A stretch of DNA of 64,000 nt, taken from positions 4,251-68,250 of the forward strand of contig JAUWWY010000001.1 of the NCBI GenBank assembly GCA_030616605.1, written 5' to 3'. Position numbers and translations under genes: made by a program. Positions within the stretch are counted from its first letter, which is position 1. Each line of letters begins with the position of its first letter. Shown here piece after piece: positions 25,027 to 33,630 of the stretch. This stretch comes from a bacterium. Lineage in GTDB: Bacteria; Patescibacteriota; Minisyncoccia; Minisyncoccales; CG1-02-41-26. The notes beneath the pieces are model-generated. The model did not search any database and was not told where the DNA came from. It saw only the letters and a list, made by a program, of their open reading frames with translations.

Positions 25027-26019
25027 ATGGATGAAAAAATAAGAGCAAAAAACAATAGGACAACCTTTGTTTCTGATAATGAGATTAGCGAACTGGAAAA
25101 AAGAGTAGTTCCAGCAAGTGAATTAAAGAATGATTTTTACAATAAAACCATTCACGGAAAACTTGAAGATGTTGCTCGTGAACTACCAGAAAATTTTATA
25201 GACCTTCTCTTTATAGACCCTCCATATAACTTAGATAAGAACTTCGGAAATAATAAGTTTACAAAAAAGGGAGATAAAGATTACGAAAGCATCTTTGAAA
25301 ATTGGCTACTTTTAATAATGCACACATTGAAAAAAACTGCTTCGGTATATGTGTGTTGTGATTGGAAGAGTTCTCCAATGATTTACAATGTTTTGGATAA
25401 ACATTTATCCGTGAGAAACAGAATAACTTGGGAAAGAGAAAAAGGTCGTGGAGCTTTAAGCAATTGGAAAAATTGTTCGGAAGATGTTTGGTTTGCAACG
25501 GTATCTGATAAGTATAGATTTAATGTTGATGACGTAAAACTTAAGAAAAAGGTCATTGCACCATACAAAGAAAACGGTATCGCAAAGGGTTGGTCCGAAG
25601 AAAAAAACGGAAAGTTCAGACTGACACATCCATCAAATCTATGGACTGACATTACAATACCTTTTTGGTCAATGCCTGAGAACACCGACCATCCAACTCA
25701 AAAACCTGAGAAATTAGTTGCAAAAATAATTTTAGCTTCAACCAAGAAAAATGATGTTGTTTTTGACCCATTCTTAGGTTCTGGTACCACATCTGTTGTT
25801 GCAAAAAAACTTGGAAGAAGATATGTAGGAATTGAAATGAATAAGGGATACTGCTATCTCACTGAAAAAAGGATTGGCATGATTGAAAAAGATCCCAACA
25901 TACAAGGATATTCAGATAGAGTTTTTTGGGAAAGAAATAGTTTGAACGAACAAAACAATTCAAATAATCATAAAAATAATTCAAATAACCATCAAGGAGT
26001 CATAAAAAAACTATTATGA
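25027..26019 (+). CDS. Beta-class DNA methyltransferase (probably N6-adenine; N4-cytosine not excluded)
   Basis: Motif IV FIDPPYNL precedes motif I VFDPFLGSGTT, which is the circular permutation typical of the beta group. Confidence 0.9.
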   Translation: MDEKIRAKNNRTTFVSDNEISELEKRVVPASELKNDFYNKTIHGKLEDVARELPENFIDLLFIDPPYNLDKNFGNNKFTKKGDKDYESIFENWLLLIMHTLKKTASVYVCCDWKSSPMIYNVLDKHLSVRNRITWEREKGRGALSNWKNCSEDVWFATVSDKYRFNVDDVKLKKKVIAPYKENGIAKGWSEEKNGKFRLTHPSNLWTDITIPFWSMPENTDHPTQKPEKLVAKIILASTKKNDVVFDPFLGSGTTSVVAKKLGRRYVGIEMNKGYCYLTEKRIGMIEKDPNIQGYSDRVFWERNSLNEQNNSNNHKNNSNNHQGVIKKLL

Positions 26020-26681
26020 AAAAGAGTAAAATTTTTTATACAAATACTTATCTTAATCTTCAAAAGAAGATTGTTGCTTTTCTAAATAATCAGCAGAATT
26101 TTCTTTCAACAAGGACAGCGAGGAGTCCTCGTGCCGTCGGTGATGCAATTGAGAATATTTTAGTAGAAAACTTCGACAAAATTTTAGGGGATTTATGTAA
26201 AGAATATTCTTCATCTTTTGCAAGACGAGCAATGGCTGATTTGGCTTTTACAGACAAAGATGACTTTTATTATATAGTAGATGTAAAAACCCATCGTTTA
26301 GATACAAAGTTCAATATGCCGAATCTTACTTCTGTAGAGAGACTATCGAGATTTTATGAAGACGATTCAAATTATTTTGTGGTGTTGAAAATAGATTATA
26401 AGATCAAGGACACAAAGGCTATTATTAAAAAAGCAACTTTCGTTCCGATGGAATTTCTATCTTGGGAGTGTTTGACTATCGGAGCCTTAGGATGGGGACA
26501 GATACAGATTGCCAATGCAAATTTTGTTAAAGTTATTCCTCAATACAGTAGAAAAAAATGGATGTTAGAATTATGTGATAATTTATTTGAGTTTTACCCG
26601 AAAGAAATTGAAAAAATTAAGGATCGTGTTGACTACTTTAAGAAAGTTAAAACCTTTTGGAAAAAGAAAAAAGAATCATAA
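26016..26681 (+). CDS. Putative type II restriction endonuclease partner of the methyltransferase
   Basis: There is a 4-nt ATGA overlap with the methyltransferase stop. The candidate PD-(D/E)xK core is MADLAF...YYIVDVKTH. The family is not recognised. Confidence 0.55.
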   Translation: MKKSKIFYTNTYLNLQKKIVAFLNNQQNFLSTRTARSPRAVGDAIENILVENFDKILGDLCKEYSSSFARRAMADLAFTDKDDFYYIVDVKTHRLDTKFNMPNLTSVERLSRFYEDDSNYFVVLKIDYKIKDTKAIIKKATFVPMEFLSWECLTIGALGWGQIQIANANFVKVIPQYSRKKWMLELCDNLFEFYPKEIEKIKDRVDYFKKVKTFWKKKKES

Positions 26682-26796
26682 ATAGGGGTTTAAAAATTTA
26701 GTATAATAAAGATAAGTTATCCACAGCGACTTCATTTTTATTTAGTGTTATAATAAGATTGAACGAGGTCTTTTAGCCAAAATATTTTAATATTTT

Positions 26797-27486
26797 ATGA
26801 CTGAAAAAACCTTCGTAAAAAAATTAGAAAATATTTTCATTACTGAAGGTTTTCTGACAAAAAAAGAAGTGGGGGTCGGTTACGGAGTGGCCGATTTGGT
26901 TCTTGTAAGAAAAGATAAATTTAATAAACAGAATTGTAGACTCCGCAAAAATTATGGCCAACTCACCAGACTTCTTCGAGAGGATTATTTCAAAATCTTT
27001 AAACATCTTCCAGATGAAAATAGCGGACACGACCCCGTTGATTTAGATTATTTAATAGAAAAAACTCATTTATCAAAATCTTTTCTAAAATATAATATTT
27101 TAAGGACGCTTGAGAAAAAAGAATACATCAAGAAGGAAAATGGGGATTTTTATTTTAGGGTGAATGGATGGATGCCCATAGCAAAAGAAATTATTGCTAT
27201 TGAGGCAAAAATGCGTAATTGGAAACGAGGTTTTGTCCAGGCGAATAGATATAGAGCATTTGCCGATAGGGTTTATCTTGCGTTTCCTATTGAAGTAGCT
27301 CATTTGGTGGATAAAAGATTACTGAAAAGACATAATGTAGGGCTCATTGTGTTTGATGCCCAGTTAAACAGAAAAAAAATAACCCTTCTTTCCAGAAGAG
27401 TGGAACCGCTTAGCGAATCTAAGAAAAATCTTGCGATGGAATTCTTTTGGGGACGCCAAATTTTACGGCAACTTACTTTGCTTTAA
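26797..27486 (+). CDS. RecB/Cas4-like PD-(D/E)xK nuclease-fold protein with an inserted winged-helix-like segment
   Basis: GVADLVLV (Asp) ... IAIEAKMRNWKRGFVQANRY gives D...ExK...QxxxY. About 90 residues between the motifs look like a wHTH (LSKSFLKYNILRTLEKKEYI). Confidence 0.45.
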   Translation: MTEKTFVKKLENIFITEGFLTKKEVGVGYGVADLVLVRKDKFNKQNCRLRKNYGQLTRLLREDYFKIFKHLPDENSGHDPVDLDYLIEKTHLSKSFLKYNILRTLEKKEYIKKENGDFYFRVNGWMPIAKEIIAIEAKMRNWKRGFVQANRYRAFADRVYLAFPIEVAHLVDKRLLKRHNVGLIVFDAQLNRKKITLLSRRVEPLSESKKNLAMEFFWGRQILRQLTLL

Positions 27487-27915
27487 TTGAGTATAACTTT
27501 TCACAAAATCGGCGACGGTAATAATTTGAATATTGCCGTATTTTTTTATTTTAAGAACTTCTTTATCACCCGTTACAATCCATTTTGCTCCGCATACTTT
27601 GGCGAGGCGGAAATATTTATCATCATCAGGATCTGACTTTACAATATTTATATCTACAAGTGTATCAAATGGTTCTCTCATATTAATTAAAGTGCGATAA
27701 TCGGATATCATTTTCTCCGGCGTGAAAATTTGAGCGTCCCAGTATCTCTTAAATTTTGGGAGTCTAACCTTTCTACAAAATTCATCGAATGTTTCTTGAC
27801 TTCCATATAGGATAACCTCTTTTGCGAGAGCAAGGCTAATAATTTTTCGAGGATAACTGGGAAATCCAAACATTCCTGAGATAAGCACATTGGCATCAGG
27901 GACAATTTTAATCAT
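27463..27915 (-). CDS. PIN-domain nuclease (TIGR00305-like putative toxin)
   Basis: MIKIVPDANVLISG...DDDKYFRLAKVCGAKWIVTGDKE. I chose the ATG at 27915, 22 nt after the upstream gene's stop; the longer ORF-track start overlaps that gene. Confidence 0.8.
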   Translation of the reverse strand: MIKIVPDANVLISGMFGFPSYPRKIISLALAKEVILYGSQETFDEFCRKVRLPKFKRYWDAQIFTPEKMISDYRTLINMREPFDTLVDINIVKSDPDDDKYFRLAKVCGAKWIVTGDKEVLKIKKYGNIQIITVADFVKSYTQLKQSKLP

Positions 27916-27937
27916 ATCGTTTGTTTTAATGTTCGAA

Positions 27938-29077
27938 TCAGTCTTGATTTTTTGTGGTTTTAGCCAATACCTCGGCGGATTCAAGAACCTGTTTCCATTT
28001 GAGAAGGTGGGTTTTTTTGAATAGCGACCTGTGGTTTTTGACACAATAATCAATAAAATCAATTGCTTGGTCGATTCGATTTTTCATGAAGCTGACTTTT
28101 TTTTCTGATGGTTGAGTAGAAAGTTCATTCATCGCATCCGTTCGGCGATAAAGAGAGTGGCGTTTTTTAGAAACAACATCCTTCGCCACCGATCCATTGC
28201 ATGCGAGACAATTACATTTATACTTTATGTTTTGAACTTCAGTATCGTTTGCATTATCAAAAATTTCTGGGATGTAAAGTCGATTTTTCGGTCGCCCATA
28301 ATTAGTTTTTTCTTTAAGATATTCAACCGACATAGTTTCCTTATCGTCTACAAAGCCAGATGATCCGATGGCTCCGAGGACTTCTCCAAATGCTCCAATT
28401 GATTTTGCAAATATAATTTTGTCTTCCTTGGCGAGTAAATGTATAAGTTTTGTTAAGCCTATTAAAGAATCGACATCTTCCATTCTGCTATCAAAATTAT
28501 CAATAGCGACAAAATACCCTTTCACGGCATTGCTGTATTCTCCGTCTGTATATCTTGCAACAATATTACTAACTGATAGTCCTTTAGTAAGAACAGCATT
28601 ACCAATATAAATCATCCCGAAGAGCGGTTTTTTGATGTTTTTGTTTTGTAGAAATTGGATGGTTTCCGAAAGCATAGTGAGATTCAAATTGAATTTTGCA
28701 CTATTATCATCTTCTGTAAAAAAGTAGGGAGCTACTATTATGTCAGCTTTTTTCGCCAATTGATATTCGACAGAGGACTGGATGAGTTTTTCAAATCTAA
28801 ACTCGGGTTCACTGTGTAGTTTTTCAAAAGTTGCTCCGTGCGGATATGGTAATTTTTTGAAACTTTTTGGTGTATTTTTATATAATAAATAGTATGTAAC
28901 TGGATTCACGATGAGCAACTCGCTAATACTTGGTATTCTCTTCGCTACCTTCGGTCTCCATTCCGCGATATGGGCATCAAGCATTACTGCGGGGAATTTC
29001 AAACCAAGCTCGGTAATTCCCGAGTCCAATGGTTTTGGTATAAAGATTACTGATTGTGACAACAGAGGTTTATTCAT
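27938..29077 (-). CDS. tRNA-guanine transglycosylase superfamily (DpdA/TgtA5-like) protein, tentative
   Basis: It has a CNCLAC...RH (CxCxxC...H) zinc-site pattern. SIGAFGEVLGAIGSSGFVDD resembles the TGT segment that ends in the catalytic Asp. This comparison is from memory, not a search. Confidence 0.45.
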   Translation of the reverse strand: MNKPLLSQSVIFIPKPLDSGITELGLKFPAVMLDAHIAEWRPKVAKRIPSISELLIVNPVTYYLLYKNTPKSFKKLPYPHGATFEKLHSEPEFRFEKLIQSSVEYQLAKKADIIVAPYFFTEDDNSAKFNLNLTMLSETIQFLQNKNIKKPLFGMIYIGNAVLTKGLSVSNIVARYTDGEYSNAVKGYFVAIDNFDSRMEDVDSLIGLTKLIHLLAKEDKIIFAKSIGAFGEVLGAIGSSGFVDDKETMSVEYLKEKTNYGRPKNRLYIPEIFDNANDTEVQNIKYKCNCLACNGSVAKDVVSKKRHSLYRRTDAMNELSTQPSEKKVSFMKNRIDQAIDFIDYCVKNHRSLFKKTHLLKWKQVLESAEVLAKTTKNQD

Positions 29078-29380
29078 AATTCATAGTATATATTACCAGA
29101 CTTTTATTTTTTTATCAAGTTGATAAAGGTTCTGCTTGATCCATTCACCGAAATATTGTATTATAGTAAACACCAAAGTTGTCCACTTTTGGTCGCTTGA
29201 CTTCAATTCCAGGCTGGAGTAGGGGTGTATAATGAAGGAGAAATAAAAGGTGCTCCATGGGAAGAAAAAAAGGAAGAGAAGAAAGAAACTAAAAAAGAAA
29301 AAATCTCTTCCTCTGGGTAGAAGGAATAATAAATATCCTTCATTATGATCTGGTCAACAAAAAATTAGTAAAATAAATTT

Positions 29381-29956
29381 ATGGCTAAACAAATAAAAAA
29401 AGAAATTAAAAGAATAAAAAAAAGAAAAAAGAAGATAATTGATCCAGTAAAAATATTGCCTGATTCCTCTGTTTTTGTTGCTCTTATTGATAAGAAAGAC
29501 TCACATCACGAATCGGTGAAATCTTTATTCGACTTCATAAATAATTATAAATATCATCTTATGATTTATTCAATCGTTATAATTGAAACTATCTCTCGAT
29601 TAATTAGTAAAGGGTGGACCGTAGGTGGAGCAATTAAGTCCTTTGCGAATGTTCACGATTTACTGTCTAAGGGAGAAGTTTATGAGGGAGGTAATATAAC
29701 CCCTGAGGAGATTCTGAAGAGATTTAAAAATTTCAATAGAGCTAAAATTCGATTTCTAAAATCGGGGGATTTTATGATTATGTCAGAAGGTATTTTATTG
29801 GATGCCTTAATATTGACTACTGATAAACAGGCTTATAAAGATGTAAAAAAATATTATAAAAATATTTATTTTGTTTCTGACAAAGCCAAAAAGGTCAAAA
29901 GTGATTTACCTAAATTTATTGGTGATTTTTATAAATTAGTTTCTACCCATCAATAA
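29381..29956 (+). CDS. PIN-like domain protein with Lys-rich N-terminal tail
   Basis: The four acidic positions are in PIN order: ILPDSSV, IIETISR, SGDFMIM, LTTDKQ. Confidence 0.55.
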   Translation: MAKQIKKEIKRIKKRKKKIIDPVKILPDSSVFVALIDKKDSHHESVKSLFDFINNYKYHLMIYSIVIIETISRLISKGWTVGGAIKSFANVHDLLSKGEVYEGGNITPEEILKRFKNFNRAKIRFLKSGDFMIMSEGILLDALILTTDKQAYKDVKKYYKNIYFVSDKAKKVKSDLPKFIGDFYKLVSTHQ

Positions 29957-30020
29957 ATTTTTGGTTGAGACAAAACATCAATTTTAGCCAAGGGATTTTA
30001 AGAAATTAATAAAAAATATA

Positions 30021-30278
30021 ATGGTAATTAAAAAGAAAACTTGGCCAAAGAATTTTGAACAAGTTCTTCAGGGCAAAAAGAAGTTTGATATGCGCCTTGC
30101 TGATTTTGATATTAAAGAGGGTGATGTTTTAGTTTTGGAAGAATGGGATCCAGAAACCCAAAAATATACCGGGCGGAAAATTGAAAAGAAAGTAGATTTT
30201 GTTTTGAAATTCAATCTTGATAGTTTTGGTCAGAAAAAAGAAATGGAAGAAAAGGGTTTTTATGTAATCCAATTTTAA
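30021..30278 (+). CDS. DUF3850 / ASCH-like small protein
   Basis: It has FEQVLQGKKKFDMRLADFDIKEGDVLVLEEW followed by TGR, typical of DUF3850 (recalled). Confidence 0.7.
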   Translation: MVIKKKTWPKNFEQVLQGKKKFDMRLADFDIKEGDVLVLEEWDPETQKYTGRKIEKKVDFVLKFNLDSFGQKKEMEEKGFYVIQF

Positions 30279-30294
30279 TTTTACTAAAATTCAG

Positions 30295-30603
30295 GTGAGG
30301 TTGATTAAGAAGGTGAAAAAGAAAGGAAAAAATAAAGAATATTGGTCTGGAGATGTGATAAAATACAGCAATGCTCTGGATTTGGAAAAAGGTATTTTTG
30401 CTTTGAGAAATCCAAGAAAAATTGTTTTGTCTCTTAAAAAATCGGCAGAAGAAAGCAAAAGACGGAAAGCAGGACCGTTTCAATCTGCTATGTCTATGTT
30501 GAATTTTTACATTAACCGCGCTGGGAAAAACTTATCAACAAAACAGAAAAAAATTCTCAATCAAGCAAAAGTTGAACTACGAAAAGCGTTCAACCGAAAG
30601 TAG
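30295..30603 (+). CDS. DUF3175 family protein
   Basis: SAMSMLNFYINRAGKNL is the family hallmark (recalled). The GTG start is uncertain. Confidence 0.7.
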   Translation: MRLIKKVKKKGKNKEYWSGDVIKYSNALDLEKGIFALRNPRKIVLSLKKSAEESKRRKAGPFQSAMSMLNFYINRAGKNLSTKQKKILNQAKVELRKAFNRK

Positions 30604-30630
30604 AATATATTATTAAACCTAATTAATATT

Positions 30631-30653
30631 AATCGCCAAGAAGGCGATTTTTT
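30631..30653 (+). terminator. Intrinsic terminator
   Basis: Stem aatcgcc/ggcgatt is followed by TTTTTT. Confidence 0.75.
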
Positions 30654-30679
30654 GGTAGAATAAATAATAGATAAATTTT

Positions 30680-30874
30680 ATGGAGTGTAAAAAACAAGAA
30701 AATTTAAAAGGTTGTCCCTGTACTTATCCTGATTGTCCGAGAAAGGGGACTTGTTGTGATTGTATAAAACATCATTGGCAGAATAAAGAGCTTCCAGCCT
30801 GTTTTTTCTCTAAAGAAGCGGAAAAAACCTATGACCGCTCAATTGAAAAATTTATAGAAGACCAGGGAAAATAA
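30680..30874 (+). CDS. Small Cys-rich protein (DUF6485-like)
   Basis: The CPCTYPDCPRKGTCCDCIKHHWQNKELPACFF cysteine pattern is recalled from a widespread small-protein family. Confidence 0.6.
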   Translation: MECKKQENLKGCPCTYPDCPRKGTCCDCIKHHWQNKELPACFFSKEAEKTYDRSIEKFIEDQGK

Positions 30875-30901
30875 AAAGTCAGGAGATTAATTTAAAAATT
30901 T

Positions 30902-31165
30902 ATGGAACCAAAAAAACATTTTACAGTTGAAGAAGCAAAAAGAATAGGAGAGACGCTGGGGATTGATTGGACTAAGTTTGACGTTGAGCAGTTTAGAATG
31001 GGCATGGATGTAGAATTAGAGCATGGAACCGTAGACCCGAATACCAATGTTACTGATGATGACGAAATAGTGACCGGGAAAATTGCTCTTGCCCACTTGA
31101 ATGAATTTCCGGATTATTACACCCGACTTGAAAAAATGGAAAAGGAAGCAGAAGAAAGGATTTGA
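30902..31165 (+). CDS. Small conserved protein (DUF5661-like)
   Basis: FRMGMDVELEHG...LAHLNEFPDYY; the assignment is from memory. Confidence 0.55.
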   Translation: MEPKKHFTVEEAKRIGETLGIDWTKFDVEQFRMGMDVELEHGTVDPNTNVTDDDEIVTGKIALAHLNEFPDYYTRLEKMEKEAEERI

Positions 31166-31202
31166 TTTTTATCTTTTTTTGTAATAGATTGAAATTATTA
31201 AT

Positions 31203-32285
31203 ATGGTTTTGGAAATTACCACTATAATATTAATAATATTATCAGTAATTCTTTTTCTAATTCTGGTACTTTTTATTTTCAAGAAAGCTATCTTGAGTCA
31301 TTTTAATAATTTATCTCAGAGAATTATTGACGAAAATGTCAGAGAAAGAGAAAGGTTAGTGGACCAATTTCAGGCAAAAGGTGATGTAATCAAAGAATTA
31401 GTGGATAATATAAAACAAGAATTATTTAAAAGCCAGAGGAGATTAGATGAGACAGAAAAAGAACGGATAGGACAATTTAGCAATTTAAAAACTGTTTTAG
31501 AAGAATATAAGATAATGACAACCGGATTAAAAGAATCAACCGACCATTTAAAAAATATTTTATCCAACAACCAGTTAAGAGGCAGATACGGCGAAGAAGT
31601 TGCCGAAGACTTGTTAAAAGCTATTGGTTTTGTCAAAGGGGAAAATTATACAGCAAACACCAGCCAGGATACTACCTCTACCAGACCAGATTTTACAATT
31701 CATCTTCCTGATAAGACAAAAGTGAATATTGACGTAAAATTTCCATTGCAGTCCTTAATAAAGTTTCAAGAATCAGAAGACAAGGTTAGTCAGGACCGTT
31801 ATTTAAGCAAATTTTCTTCTGACGTTAAGCAAAAAATTAAAGAAGTTAGCAGCAGGGACTATATAAATCCAGAAGAAAACACAGTTGATTTTGTCATTTT
31901 GTTTGTGCCCAATGAGATGATTTTTAGCTTTATTTATGATAAACTTTATGATGTCTGGAATGGGGCAATGAGAAAGAAAGTTATAATGACCGGTCCCTTT
32001 AGTTTTACGGCTATACTAAGAACAATTTTTCAATCTTATAAGAGTTTTAAATATCAAGAAAACTTATCCGGAATTGTTAAATTACTGAGAATTTTTGAGC
32101 AGGAATATGAGAAATACAATGAAGAATTAGATAGGCTGGGAGAAAGGATTCAATTGGTTGCCAGTCAATATGATACATTATCAACTACCCGGACAAAGAA
32201 ACTATCTAGAATAGTTGATAAAATTAAGGGCGAGGATATATTGCCCAGCAGCGAAGAAAAGAAAAAATTAGAAGAAGAAAATTAA
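31203..32285 (+). CDS. rmuC: DNA recombination protein RmuC
   Basis: It has an N-terminal TM helix, a coiled coil, then RGRYGEEVAEDLL and a nuclease-like C-terminal region (DFVILFVPNE). Confidence 0.85.
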   Translation: MVLEITTIILIILSVILFLILVLFIFKKAILSHFNNLSQRIIDENVRERERLVDQFQAKGDVIKELVDNIKQELFKSQRRLDETEKERIGQFSNLKTVLEEYKIMTTGLKESTDHLKNILSNNQLRGRYGEEVAEDLLKAIGFVKGENYTANTSQDTTSTRPDFTIHLPDKTKVNIDVKFPLQSLIKFQESEDKVSQDRYLSKFSSDVKQKIKEVSSRDYINPEENTVDFVILFVPNEMIFSFIYDKLYDVWNGAMRKKVIMTGPFSFTAILRTIFQSYKSFKYQENLSGIVKLLRIFEQEYEKYNEELDRLGERIQLVASQYDTLSTTRTKKLSRIVDKIKGEDILPSSEEKKKLEEEN

Positions 32286-32289
32286 AACT

Positions 32290-32490
32290 ATGCAACAATT
32301 TTTAATCGAAAACTCGTGGGTTATTTTATTGATACTTATCTGGACAATTCCCTGGAAAGCAGTGGCTTTATGGAAAGCAGCCAGAAAAGCTCAAAAGTGC
32401 TGGTTTATAGTTCTGCTGGTGGTAAATACTTTAGCTATTTTGGAGATTCTCTACATTTTCGTTTTCAGCAAAAAGAAAAAAAGAACTTGA
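32290..32490 (+). CDS. Small membrane protein (DUF5652-like)
   Basis: It has two TM helices and the motif LWKAARKAQKCWFIVLLVVNTLAILEILY. Confidence 0.6.
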   Translation: MQQFLIENSWVILLILIWTIPWKAVALWKAARKAQKCWFIVLLVVNTLAILEILYIFVFSKKKKRT

Positions 32491-32503
32491 AATTTTTTAA
32501 TTT

Positions 32504-33565
32504 ATGGTTTTTGAAGAAATTTTAAATCTTAATTTTTTGGGAAATACAGCAGGGGATTATTTAATCGCTTTAGGAATTTTTGTTGTTGTATTTATTGTTT
32601 TAAAGATTTTTAAGAATGTCGGAATAAAAAAACTGAAAAAACTGGCTGACCATACCAGAGTAGAATTTGATGATTTGATAATAAAATTTATTCAATCCAT
32701 AGCCTGGCCTTTTTATTTCATTTTAGCTTTATATATAGCCTGCCAGTTTATCCAGCTTTCCAATATTTTAGACAGAGTCCTTTATTATGCTCTTATTCTC
32801 ATTGTTACCTGGTATGTTATTAAGTCTGTTCAAGAAGTAATTAATTTCGGAGTTCAAAGAGTAATTTCAAAGCGGCAAAAGGAAGATGAGAGATTTGAGC
32901 CGGGTAGTTTAAATATTTTAGCTAAAGTTTTAAAAGGGGTTGTCTGGCTGATAGCAGTAATCATTATTTTGCAAAACCTGGGTTATAATATTTCAGCTTT
33001 AGTTGCCGGTCTTGGAATCGGAGGTATCGCCATAGCTTTTGCTTTACAAAACGTTTTAACAGACATGTTTGCCTCCTTTTCCATTTATTTTGATAAGCCA
33101 TTTCAGGTCGGTGATTATATTGTTATTGGTAATAATAGGGGAACAGTAAAGAAAATCGGCATAAAATCTACCAGGATTCAAAGTACCCAAGGAGAGGAAT
33201 TAATAATCTCTAATAAAGAATTAACTGAAAGCAGAGTTAGTAATTATAAGAAGATGGAAAAGAGGAGAATAACTTTCAAATTCGGCATTGAATATAACAC
33301 GCCAGTTGAAAAAATTAAAAAAATTCCAGAGATTGTTAAGAATATTTTAAAAAGATTTGAATTAGTAGAAATAGACAGAGTTCATTTTAAAGAATTAGGC
33401 GATTTTAGTTTGAATTTTGAAGTAATCTTTTTTGTCAAGACAACTGACTATGCTAAGTATCTGGACACACAGCAAGAAATAAATCTTGCTTTAATGGAAG
33501 AGTTTGAAAAACAAGAAATTGTCTTTGCTTTTCCAAGCCAGACAATTTATTTAACCAAAGATTAA
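32504..33565 (+). CDS. Small-conductance mechanosensitive channel (MscS family)
   Basis: TM helices are followed by FDKPFQVGDYIVIGNNRGTVKKIGIKSTRI, the beta-domain signature. Confidence 0.9.
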   Translation: MVFEEILNLNFLGNTAGDYLIALGIFVVVFIVLKIFKNVGIKKLKKLADHTRVEFDDLIIKFIQSIAWPFYFILALYIACQFIQLSNILDRVLYYALILIVTWYVIKSVQEVINFGVQRVISKRQKEDERFEPGSLNILAKVLKGVVWLIAVIIILQNLGYNISALVAGLGIGGIAIAFALQNVLTDMFASFSIYFDKPFQVGDYIVIGNNRGTVKKIGIKSTRIQSTQGEELIISNKELTESRVSNYKKMEKRRITFKFGIEYNTPVEKIKKIPEIVKNILKRFELVEIDRVHFKELGDFSLNFEVIFFVKTTDYAKYLDTQQEINLALMEEFEKQEIVFAFPSQTIYLTKD

Positions 33566-33589
33566 GATTAAATGAGTTAAATAGAAATA

Positions 33590-33622
33590 GGTCAGTTGTT
33601 AGTTAACTGACCCATTTTTTTT
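33590..33622 (+). terminator. Intrinsic terminator
   Basis: Stem ggtcagtt/aactgacc is followed by a T8 run. Confidence 0.75.
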
Positions 33623-33630
33623 ATCTAAGA

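Noticed and set aside
26727-26735. Perfect DnaA-box 9-mer TTATCCACA
   Set aside because: It is a single occurrence with no cluster of boxes, no AT-rich unwinding element context and no dnaA/dnaN nearby. One match in 64 kb on two strands is about what chance predicts.
32316-32525. 69-aa ORF overlapping the DUF5652-like gene in another frame
   Set aside because: The 32290-32490 frame gives a two-TM protein matching a recalled family motif (LWKAARKAQK.WF), whereas the alternative frame has no features.
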